Assembly: GCA_964383645.1 (NCBI GenBank) | Contig: CAYLII010000003.1 | Location: forward strand, 1-35,804 | Origin: an uncultured Methanosarcinales archaeon | Lineage (GTDB): Archaea; Nanobdellota; Nanobdellia; Woesearchaeales; JAGVZT01 | Direction of reading: 5' to 3' | DNA: 35,804 nt | In this document: piece after piece, positions 18,635 through 26,274 of the stretch | Position numbering within the stretch: the first letter of the stretch is position 1 | How the letters are laid out: each line of letters opens with the position of its first letter | Position numbers and translations under genes: made by a program | Notes under the pieces: model-generated | Seen by the model: only the letters and a program-made list of their open reading frames with translations | Databases searched by the model: none | Told to the model about the DNA's origin: nothing

Positions 18635-18975
18635 AAATTGATTAAAGTCTAACTTCCTAATTACTATTCTTTAGGATTCATTTAAAATCCCCTTAGAGTG
18701 GCCTTAGGAAACTTTCTCCTCTCCACCTTTTGTTTCCTCCAAAACCTCTATTTCTTAATATTCATATATCTATTCTTCCCCTAATTTATTTTCAACCTAT
18801 TTGTCCTTATTCATTACTCTTAAATAATAAAAATACAAATGTTTATAAATAATTTCGTATTTCCATAATCTCAATAATTTGACAGATATCTAGCTTATTT
18901 CAAAAAGGGTGATTTCTAGGTGTATTCCTAAAAGAGGACCCATTATATTGACAAAAACAGCAAGGAGTGGAGAAC

Positions 18976-19773
18976 ATGATTGTGGAAACAGACTTTTTGA
19001 ACAGGCTAAGGGATTTCGGGCTCAACAGCTACGAAGCAAAGCTTTGGGCAGCACTTCTTTCTCGAGGGATTTCAACCGCAGGCGAGCTTTCTGACATTGC
19101 AAATGTGCCAAGATCCAGAAGTTACGACGTTCTTGAGAGCCTGGAAAAAAAGGGTTTTATCATGGTCAAGGTGGGAAAACCCATCAAATACATAGCAGTG
19201 CCTCCCGAGGAAGTCCTGGAGAGGGTAAAGAAAAAAATCTCTGACAATGCAGACAAGCAGAGCAAGATGCTCGACCAATTTAAAACCAGTGAATTATTGG
19301 ATGAGTTAAACCTGCTGCACAAGACCGGCGTGGATTTAGTGGATCCCTCTGAGCTCTCAGGCGCTCTGAAAGGCAGGAGCAATGTTTATGCCCATCTTAA
19401 TTCCCTTATAAAGAACGCTGAGAAGTCAATTGTTCTCCACACTTCTTCAAGCGGGCTTACCAGAAAGGCGGATGAGCTTGGAAGGTCCCTTAAAAAGGCC
19501 CACGAAAAAGGCATAAAGATAAGGATTGCAGCTCCCATAACAAAGAGCAACAAGGCAGTGGCAGCAGAGCTATCCAAATATGCAGAGATAAGACACACAG
19601 ATAACAAGTCAAGGTTTATGGTAATTGACGGCAAGGATCTGGCATTCCTCGTAATGGATGACGACAGCGTCCATCCAAGCTATGACCTCGGCTTATGGGT
19701 AAAGACACCTTACTTTGCCGCAAGCATAGAAAACATGTTCAACCACCAGTGGGAACACATGAAGGAGATATAA
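18976..19773 (+). CDS. TrmB-family transcriptional regulator
   Basis: N-terminal wHTH: LRDFGLNSYEAKLWAALLSRGISTAGELSDIANVPRSRSYDVLESLEKKGFI. A C-terminal TrmB-like effector domain follows. ATG 18976 is preferred over GTG 18967. Confidence 0.85.
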   Translation: MIVETDFLNRLRDFGLNSYEAKLWAALLSRGISTAGELSDIANVPRSRSYDVLESLEKKGFIMVKVGKPIKYIAVPPEEVLERVKKKISDNADKQSKMLDQFKTSELLDELNLLHKTGVDLVDPSELSGALKGRSNVYAHLNSLIKNAEKSIVLHTSSSGLTRKADELGRSLKKAHEKGIKIRIAAPITKSNKAVAAELSKYAEIRHTDNKSRFMVIDGKDLAFLVMDDDSVHPSYDLGLWVKTPYFAASIENMFNHQWEHMKEI

Positions 19774-19972
19774 GGGGTCTATGTTTTCCTCTTTTTTAAT
19801 TCTCTCTCTTTATTCATTTTTTAATCTGTTTTTCAGTGTATTCTTATTTGTTCATCCTATTGCAGTACGCTTATAATCCAGTTAGAAACCTTTTTAAAAG
19901 ACCAACTCCCTCATTAAGTCAGCCCTTATTAATTAAGGTAACAATTCCAAATTTCAACAAGAGGTGTGCCAT

Positions 19973-22084
19973 ATGTCTATTGAGAATCTTGATTCTATAT
20001 TCCATCCAAAATCAATTGCAGTCATAGGCGCAAGCGAGAGGGAAGGAAGTGTAGGCTACATAGTGTTTGAGAATCTAAAGGAAAAATTTGGGGGAGCTGT
20101 TTTTCCGGTGAATATCAAAAGGGATTTTGTCCAGGGTGCCAGGGCTTACCCATCTATCCTGAATATTCCTAAAAAAGTGGATCTTGCCATCATCTGTATC
20201 CCTTCTGAGAATGTGAAGCAGATAGTTGAGGAATGCGGCAAAGCAGGCGTGAGGGGCATGATAATCATTACAGCAGGGTTTGCAGAACTTGGAGAGAAGG
20301 GTAGGCTGCTTTTGGATGAGATAAATTCTATAAGAAAAAGATACAGCATAAGGATAGTTGGACCCAACTGCCTGGGAATAATAGAGCCAGGCATGAAGAT
20401 GAACGCAAGCTTTGCCAAGTCAGATATCTCCAAAGGCAAGGTGGCATTCATATCCCAAAGCGGAGCGCTTGGGACAGCAATCCTAGACTGGGCCCAGTCA
20501 AATAGGATTGGACTGAGCTGCTTTGTATCTATAGGCTCTATGATGGATGTGGATTTTGGCGACCTCATAGAATATTTTGACAGTGATATAGATACAGAGG
20601 CTATCTTCCTTTATGTCGAATCGTTAAAAGACGTCAAGGAATTTGTGGACAAGGCATCTAGTTTCAGCAGGAAAAAACCCCTCTTTGCCATAAAATCAGG
20701 AAGAGAGGCAGAGGGAGCAAAAGCTGCTGCCTCCCACACAGGCGCGCTCGCGGGAGAAGACAGCCTATATGATGCTGCATTCAGACGGGCAGGGATAGTT
20801 AGAATAGATACAATATCAGAATTCACAGACACACTTGAGGCAGTGGCACTCCAGCCCCTTCCTAAAGGAAACAGGCTGCTTATAATTACGAATGCAGGCG
20901 GCCCAGGGGTAATGGCGACAGATTATCTTGTGAGGCAAGGAGGAAAGCTGGCCAAGCTTTCAGATGAAACTATCTCAAAGCTCAATACATTCCTTCCTCC
21001 TTTCTGGTCGCACTCAAATCCAGTGGATATACTAGGGGATGCGGCAGATGACAGATATGTGCAGGCATTTGATGCGCTCCTCGGAGATGGAGCTGTCGAT
21101 GGGGTGCTTGTGCTTTTAACCCCCCAGGCGATGACCAAGAGCACAGAGACCGCAAAGGCGCTTATTCAAAAGGCAAAAAGATCTAGAAAACCTGTGCTAA
21201 CCTCTTGGATGGGCAAATGCATGGTGGAGGAAGGAAGAAACCTTCTTCTTGAGGGAGGAATTCCAAATTACAGCTCTCCTGAAGAGGCCATAAATGCATT
21301 TCTTAAGATGCACAAGGCTGGTGAAAATAGGGTGTTCCTGAATGAGCCCGTACCTCCTTCTGAAATTGCAAAGCCAGAAATAAGGAGGATAAGAGAGAAA
21401 CTTATCAGGCTTGAGGCAGGCGGAAGGCAGCTTCTTACAGAAGTAGAGTCAAAAGAGCTTCTTGAGACTTACGGCATCAGAACCACTCTCCCAAATCTTG
21501 CTAACTCTCCAAAAGCGGCAGCAGGTCTTGCAAAAACAATAGGTTATCCCGTGGTAATGAAGGTGCAGAGTGAAGACATATCCCATAAGTCAGATGCCAA
21601 CTGCGTGATGCTAAACATCCCTGATGAGGCGTCGGTGCTGAAAAAATACGAGGAGATAATGAAAAATGCGCTCATCTACAACCCTAAGGCAAGGATAGAA
21701 GGGGTCACAGTTCAGAAGATGGTGCCTGAAAAAGGGTTTGAAGTAATCCTTGGTTCCAAGAGGGATTCCCTCTTTGGTCCGGCTGTGCTTTTCGGCATGG
21801 GAGGTATTGCTGTAGAGGCGATAAAAGATACCTCCATTGAGCTAGCACCCCTGGATAGGAAAACAGTAAGGGTGCTAATAGACAGCACAAAGGTGAGCAG
21901 GCTACTCAGAAAAGGGTTTAGAAACATGCCACCTGCCAACATGGCTTGCCTAGAGGATACAGCAATAAGGTTCTCTCACCTTATAAGCGATATTCCCGAG
22001 ATAAAAGAGATGGACATAAATCCCTTGAGGGTGGATGACAAGGAATGCATAGTGCTGGATGCTAGAGTAGTGCTGAGCAAGTAA
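19973..22084 (+). CDS. acd: acetyl-CoA synthetase (ADP-forming), fused alpha-beta
   Basis: CoA-binding N-terminus (PKSIAVIGASEREGSVGY), a succinyl-CoA-synthetase-like domain with the phosphohistidine loop AASHTGALAG, and a C-terminal ATP-grasp domain (GYPVVMKVQSEDISHKSD). Confidence 0.9.
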   Translation: MSIENLDSIFHPKSIAVIGASEREGSVGYIVFENLKEKFGGAVFPVNIKRDFVQGARAYPSILNIPKKVDLAIICIPSENVKQIVEECGKAGVRGMIIITAGFAELGEKGRLLLDEINSIRKRYSIRIVGPNCLGIIEPGMKMNASFAKSDISKGKVAFISQSGALGTAILDWAQSNRIGLSCFVSIGSMMDVDFGDLIEYFDSDIDTEAIFLYVESLKDVKEFVDKASSFSRKKPLFAIKSGREAEGAKAAASHTGALAGEDSLYDAAFRRAGIVRIDTISEFTDTLEAVALQPLPKGNRLLIITNAGGPGVMATDYLVRQGGKLAKLSDETISKLNTFLPPFWSHSNPVDILGDAADDRYVQAFDALLGDGAVDGVLVLLTPQAMTKSTETAKALIQKAKRSRKPVLTSWMGKCMVEEGRNLLLEGGIPNYSSPEEAINAFLKMHKAGENRVFLNEPVPPSEIAKPEIRRIREKLIRLEAGGRQLLTEVESKELLETYGIRTTLPNLANSPKAAAGLAKTIGYPVVMKVQSEDISHKSDANCVMLNIPDEASVLKKYEEIMKNALIYNPKARIEGVTVQKMVPEKGFEVILGSKRDSLFGPAVLFGMGGIAVEAIKDTSIELAPLDRKTVRVLIDSTKVSRLLRKGFRNMPPANMACLEDTAIRFSHLISDIPEIKEMDINPLRVDDKECIVLDARVVLSK

Positions 22085-22226
22085 TCCTTTTTTTCTGGCT
22101 GATTCTTTTTGGTTTTTCTATAGTCTTCTGTGAATTAATACTTTCACCCAACATAATATACAAAAAACTATACTAAGATATAAAACAGAAACATTTATAT
22201 ACTAGTATGTCTAATCATTCTGGAGA

Positions 22227-22592
22227 ATGGTTATTTTGTTTGACCAATATAACCTGCCCGAAAATATCTACGAGATTATATTTTCGACAGGGCAGCAGGA
22301 AGTTGTGGCAAGTCTGCTGGTAAGGCATATCAAGGAGAAGAAAGGGGCCATCTCAAAAGCAGAGATGTCCCAGTTTGCAAAAGACCTCCATGACGGCAAG
22401 CTTACTTACCAGAATCAGAAGATATCCTACAACAAGAGGCAGTTTTACGACAGGATCCTCACCCCCTTAAAAGCGATGGGGGTTGTGTATTATGATATGT
22501 ACAACCGCAATTACACAATATCAAAAAATTTCCACAAGGCTTTGCACGCCATAGCCGAGCTCTGGCTGCAGGAGTACGCAAAAACCGCATGA
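22227..22592 (+). CDS. hypothetical protein
   Basis: Clean 121-aa ORF. The TATA-like CATTTATATAC about 25-30 nt upstream suggests a leaderless mRNA. I recognise no family motif. Confidence 0.5.
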   Translation: MVILFDQYNLPENIYEIIFSTGQQEVVASLLVRHIKEKKGAISKAEMSQFAKDLHDGKLTYQNQKISYNKRQFYDRILTPLKAMGVVYYDMYNRNYTISKNFHKALHAIAELWLQEYAKTA

Positions 22593-22637
22593 TACAAAAA
22601 AAAGGCACCCCTCCGGATTCTCAAAAACCCCATTAAC

Positions 22638-22681
22638 CCCTCTCTTAAAGACCCAGAGGGAGCCTTTTTTTCTCTTTTTTT
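22638..22681 (+). terminator. hairpin plus double T-tract
   Basis: CCCTCT (22638-43) pairs with AGAGGG (22655-60) and is followed by TTTTTTTCTCTTTTTTT. Confidence 0.45.
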
Positions 22682-22824
22682 AGGTGTTAATCTTGCTCTA
22701 AGTTCCTCTCTTGGAACAACTCTTTCAGCTCTTAATGGGGCTTATTGTAGTCACGACCCAGTAATTACAAATCAAAAGTTTTAAATACCTCTTTCTGTTT
22801 CTCATTTTCAAACCTGGTGAGAAG

Positions 22825-23511
22825 ATGGACTTGGAGAAACTAAGGGAAGAGCAGAGAAAGCTTTCTAGAAAGCTCATATTCAAGGATGACTTCTCCGACA
22901 TCTCTCTTATTGCAGGCTGCGAGCTCATCTTCACTGCAGATGAGATAATTGCGGTTGTTGTTGTTCTTGATGCAAAGACGCTCGAGCTAGTGGATAAGAA
23001 ATTCTTCATCTCAAGGCCTAAGATACCATATATTCCCCTTTTCCAAAGCTATCGCGAGGTACCTATTGTAGTAGAGGCGATAAACCTCCTGAAAGAGAGA
23101 CCAGACCTAATCCTTTATGATGGGAATGGAATCCTTCATCCGGCAAAACTTGGCTCTGCATCCCATCTTGGCTTAATACTGGATCTGCCCACAATAGGCG
23201 TGGCCAAAAAGAGATGCATGGGTGAGCTAAAAGAAGGCTACATCTATGTAGATGGAGATAAAAGAGCAGTCGAGCTAAAGACAAAGGAGTTCGCAAAGCC
23301 TCTCTGCATAAGTCCAGGCCATAAGATAAGCCTACAGACAGCAGAAAAAATAGTTAAATCCTGCCTAAACGAGGGAAGCAAGCTTCCAGAGCCTCTAAGG
23401 ATAGCCCACAATTTTGGTGTTTTTGTAAAGAAAAACCTAAAAGAGAGGCACCAGCTTGAGCAAGAGATGGACAATATAAAGCTTGATTTTCCCGAGACTG
23501 AATCTCTCTAA
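22825..23511 (+). CDS. nfi: endonuclease V
   Basis: The motifs IAGCELIF, PYIPLFQSYREVP, ILYDGNGILHPAKLGSASHLGL and PTIGVAKK match conserved endonuclease V blocks. Confidence 0.88.
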   Translation: MDLEKLREEQRKLSRKLIFKDDFSDISLIAGCELIFTADEIIAVVVVLDAKTLELVDKKFFISRPKIPYIPLFQSYREVPIVVEAINLLKERPDLILYDGNGILHPAKLGSASHLGLILDLPTIGVAKKRCMGELKEGYIYVDGDKRAVELKTKEFAKPLCISPGHKISLQTAEKIVKSCLNEGSKLPEPLRIAHNFGVFVKKNLKERHQLEQEMDNIKLDFPETESL

Positions 23512-23527
23512 TATTCAAGGACTTGTT

Positions 23528-23989
23528 TTACTCCCAGTCAACATGGCAATTATGCTCTAGAAAATCCTTCTCTTTGCAATAAGTCCCGTCAGGGAATATG
23601 CAGATAGGGTATTTTAGGATAGTGCCGCTTCTGTTCTCAACCCCTATCTTTGGAAGATACCCCTGTTTTTTGCAAAGCATAAATTCAGTATGACACTCCC
23701 CTCCTGCAAACGCCCACGCCTCGCACTCAATTTCAGGGCTTAATCTGCAATATTCCTCCATCTTTCCAGTAGATTCATTCAGCCTGTACTCATATATGTA
23801 CCCCAGTTTTTCGCAGTAATCCACTTCAAACCCATAAACTATAGGGTACCTCTTAGTAATATTTGTGGAATTAGCAGTTTCTCCAGAAGAGGAATTATTG
23901 CACCCCTCTGCCAGCAAAAAGACGAGCAGAAGGGTTAACAACACCACAGCTGTCAAAACCCTACTTCCCTTATTGACTGTCATTTTCAT
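23528..23989 (-). CDS. secreted Cys-rich putative lipoprotein, DUF333-like repeats
   Basis: Signal peptide with LAEGC. Two C-x-C...W/F..G.C-type modules (YCRLSPEIECEAWAFAGGEC; ICIFPDGTYCKEKDFLEHNC) resemble the DUF333 pattern. Confidence 0.5.
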   Translation of the reverse strand: MKMTVNKGSRVLTAVVLLTLLLVFLLAEGCNNSSSGETANSTNITKRYPIVYGFEVDYCEKLGYIYEYRLNESTGKMEEYCRLSPEIECEAWAFAGGECHTEFMLCKKQGYLPKIGVENRSGTILKYPICIFPDGTYCKEKDFLEHNCHVDWE

Positions 23990-24050
23990 GGTCTTTCAGA
24001 AAGGAGGTGTCTTTTTAATTCTTATGGAACATAACTTCCCCTGCTAGGTT

Positions 24051-24065
24051 AAAGATAAAAGAAAA
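24051..24065 (-). terminator. T-rich tract after 5S rRNA
   Basis: The minus strand reads TTTTCTTTTATCTTT immediately 3' of the 5S closing helix. Confidence 0.5.
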
Positions 24066-24185
24066 GTGATGAACAGCTTTCCGGTTTTCCCGTATGAATA
24101 CAGTACCGACCAGAACGTAAGCCCGCTTGACTTCCGAGTTCGGGATGAGATCGGGTAGGGCCAGGCCACTCTGACCGTCCATCGA
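24066..24185 (-). rRNA. rrf: 5S ribosomal RNA (stand-alone)
   Basis: The minus strand reads GAUGGACGGUCAGAGUGGCCUGGCCCUACCCGAUCUCAUCCCGAACUCGGAAGUCAAGCGGGCUUACGUUCUGGUCGGUACUGUAUUCAUACGGGAAAACCGGAAAGCUGUUCAUC. It has the conserved CCCGAACUCGGAAGUCAAGC and GUACUG blocks. Helix I is formed by GAUGGACGG and CUGUUCAUC. The ends are accurate to about +/-3 nt. Confidence 0.9.
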
Positions 24186-24206
24186 GGATATGGGAATCAG
24201 AGGGCA

Positions 24207-24215
24207 TTTATAAAG
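24207..24215 (-). promoter_or_regulatory. TATA box of the 5S rRNA gene
   Basis: The minus strand reads CTTTATAAA, centred about 27 nt upstream of the predicted 5S 5' end. Confidence 0.6.
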
Positions 24216-24310
24216 CTTACTATTTGCAATAATGTAACTCCTCTATAATAGGTTCTTGACCAAAAATAATAAATACCTGTTGTGGAATCTAAGTTTTAGG
24301 GGGTGTTAAT

Positions 24311-25315
24311 ATGGTATCAACTTTTTTGCCTATATCTACATCAACATGGACTCTTCAAGAGAGATTTTTGACAGTGCCAAACCTTATAGTTTGTGAGACA
24401 GGCATAGCAACAGCTTACCCAAAAGGCGCAGTAGATTTAGAGATTGACAGCTGGAATGGGGCTGTTTTGAAAAAGAAGAATATGCTTGAGGCAGAAGGCA
24501 AGCTTGAGCTCCAGCTAAGGGAAGAGAAAGATGATCTCGGCCACATGAGATATGGCCTTTATGCAAGAAAGCCTGGAGATGCTGCTTTCAAGGGCAATAT
24601 GACCGCAGGCTACCAATATAGGTTTGTAGAATTCAATCCTCGAGACCAAGTTCTCACCGTAGAAAAAGTGATATATTCCGAGATTGAGGCGTTGAAAAAT
24701 CCGGATTACCGAAAACTATTCGAGGAGAAGGAAATGAGGTTGCCATTCGGTCCTATAGCTCCTGCACTGGCAATAATAACCGCAGATGGATATATTGTCT
24801 CTTCAATAAGGGGCACATCAACAAACAAATATCCGGGTGCAGTCTGGGGATTTGGGGGAGATATAGACAATCCAAACATCACGATTGGAGACCACATAGA
24901 AAAAGTGGAGAAAAAAGAGGAGCTCTCAAGCTTCAGGGGTATTAGTCCACAGTATCTTGCGCTTGGCCTAGTGTTTGACCATGTGCTCATGAAACATGAT
25001 ATGCCCATTCTTGCGCAGTATCCCGTGCCATTTTCAATGATAACCAAGGGAGAAAAATATCTTCCTGACGTGGAGAGCGTAAAAGCTATCTCTTCCAGGA
25101 GAGATGATCTTGGCGAGTTCATAACAGACAATTATGTGGATACGCAGTTACCTGATAGCCCTAAATGGGTAGGCAAGCCAAACGCTGCATGGAGCGGGGA
25201 TCTCTTTAGGGTTGGGCAGTTCCTATATGGCGATTCCTGGGCAGAGGGAGTATTAGAGAAATTGCCCCATTATAATAAGGGCAAGGTCGATGCGGAACTA
25301 ATGCTCTCTAAATAA
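24311..25315 (+). CDS. hypothetical protein (334 aa, no recognised family)
   Basis: Long clean ORF with a GGGGGTG Shine-Dalgarno-like element upstream. It has no signal peptide, TM segment or catalytic motif that I can name with confidence. Confidence 0.6.
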   Translation: MVSTFLPISTSTWTLQERFLTVPNLIVCETGIATAYPKGAVDLEIDSWNGAVLKKKNMLEAEGKLELQLREEKDDLGHMRYGLYARKPGDAAFKGNMTAGYQYRFVEFNPRDQVLTVEKVIYSEIEALKNPDYRKLFEEKEMRLPFGPIAPALAIITADGYIVSSIRGTSTNKYPGAVWGFGGDIDNPNITIGDHIEKVEKKEELSSFRGISPQYLALGLVFDHVLMKHDMPILAQYPVPFSMITKGEKYLPDVESVKAISSRRDDLGEFITDNYVDTQLPDSPKWVGKPNAAWSGDLFRVGQFLYGDSWAEGVLEKLPHYNKGKVDAELMLSK

Positions 25316-25320
25316 ATTTT

Positions 25321-26115
25321 TTATCTTATATTCTTCACATCCTCTTTCTTATGGATGTGTATTTCTTTCTCGGAGCTTAGATACCCCCTCAACAGTCCCC
25401 TCTCTGCAAGCTTTGGGAATATGTCTCTCTCTAGGCTGCCCCCTTCATACTCCAGGATCTCTGGCTCTGCCACAAATATTGGAGAAAAAACAAGATATAC
25501 ATCAGACTCCTTTGGCTTTTGGATGAACTGGAGCACCTTTGTGCCCTCCATAGTGACCGTTCCTTTCTCCGAAGGTTTTGGAGAGGTGGTAAGCATAAGC
25601 GTTGCTATAGGCACTTCCCTTAAGTGGGCCTCCCACACCTTTTCAAGGCTAATGTTCGCAAAATATATGTCCCCATACACAACAAGAAACCTGCTGTTCA
25701 CCCTGCCTCTTATCAGCTTGAGCGTGTTCGCAGTCCCCCTAGACACTTTTTCCTCTATATAGTTTACCTTAACCCCATATGCTGTCCCATCCCTGAGAAT
25801 CTCAAACGCCCTTGTAAGCACCCTCTCTCTTCCAATGATAAACACATTCTTGAATCCTGATTCTCTCAGCTTCTTAATCCCATGCTCCAGGAGAGGCTTT
25901 CCGCCTATCCCCATACCAATCATGAACTCTTCACCAATAAGAATCCTGCTCTCTTCCCCACCTGCGAGAATTACCGCAGTCTTCTCTTCCCCTATAGATT
26001 TTGTGATAAAGCGCTCTATCGCCTGGCTGCGGTTCCTTACATAGATGTTGTCAATTGAATTGTCTATCTCCTTGAGCAGGCTTTCTTCTATTGTTATGGA
26101 AATCTTTTCCTTCAT
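25321..26115 (-). CDS. ribbon-helix-helix (CopG-like) domain fused to a sugar-phosphate nucleotidyltransferase-like domain
   Basis: The N-terminus KISITIEESLLKEIDNSIDNIYVRNRSQAIERFI fits the RHH strand-helix-helix pattern. The rest is colinear with the NTP_transferase fold (AVILAGG..., GGKPLLEHGIKKLRESGFKNVFIIG, GTANTL, VVYGDI, QKPK). The G-x-G-T-R-L-x-P-L-T loop is replaced by GGEESRILIGEEF. ATG 26115 is preferred because a TATA box at 26138-26147 would give a leaderless mRNA. Confidence 0.75.
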   Translation of the reverse strand: MKEKISITIEESLLKEIDNSIDNIYVRNRSQAIERFITKSIGEEKTAVILAGGEESRILIGEEFMIGMGIGGKPLLEHGIKKLRESGFKNVFIIGRERVLTRAFEILRDGTAYGVKVNYIEEKVSRGTANTLKLIRGRVNSRFLVVYGDIYFANISLEKVWEAHLREVPIATLMLTTSPKPSEKGTVTMEGTKVLQFIQKPKESDVYLVFSPIFVAEPEILEYEGGSLERDIFPKLAERGLLRGYLSSEKEIHIHKKEDVKNIR

Positions 26116-26137
26116 GCATACTTCATGACAAGGCACT

Positions 26138-26147
26138 ATTTATAAAT
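26138..26147 (-). promoter_or_regulatory. TATA box for the RHH-nucleotidyltransferase gene
   Basis: ATTTATAAAT centred about 27 nt upstream of ATG 26115. Confidence 0.5.
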
Positions 26148-26157
26148 TTTATGATAA

Positions 26158-26185
26158 GGTAGGATTTGGTAGGACATAGGTAAGA
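26158..26185 (+). repeat. three phased direct repeats GGTAGGA / GGTAGGA / GGTAAGA
   Basis: Copies at 26158-64, 26168-74 and 26179-85, with 10 and 11 bp start-to-start spacing. They lie in the divergent intergenic region. Confidence 0.6.
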
Positions 26186-26274
26186 TATTTATAGCTCCGG
26201 CATGATTGCCCTGTTGGATATTATCTCGCGATTATATCAAAAGAGAATATGAAAAAGAGCAGTGAGGGAGTTAA

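Noticed and set aside
18909-19094. 61-aa plus-strand ORF at the edge of the origin region
   Set aside because: It is out of frame with, and overlaps, the well-supported TrmB-family gene. It has no ribosome-binding site.
24840-24930. Nudix box in the 334-aa orphan protein
   Set aside because: GFGGDIDNPNITIGDHIEKVEKKEEL does not fit G-x5-E-x7-R-E-U-x-E-E-x-G-U in any register, so the resemblance is too weak to call.
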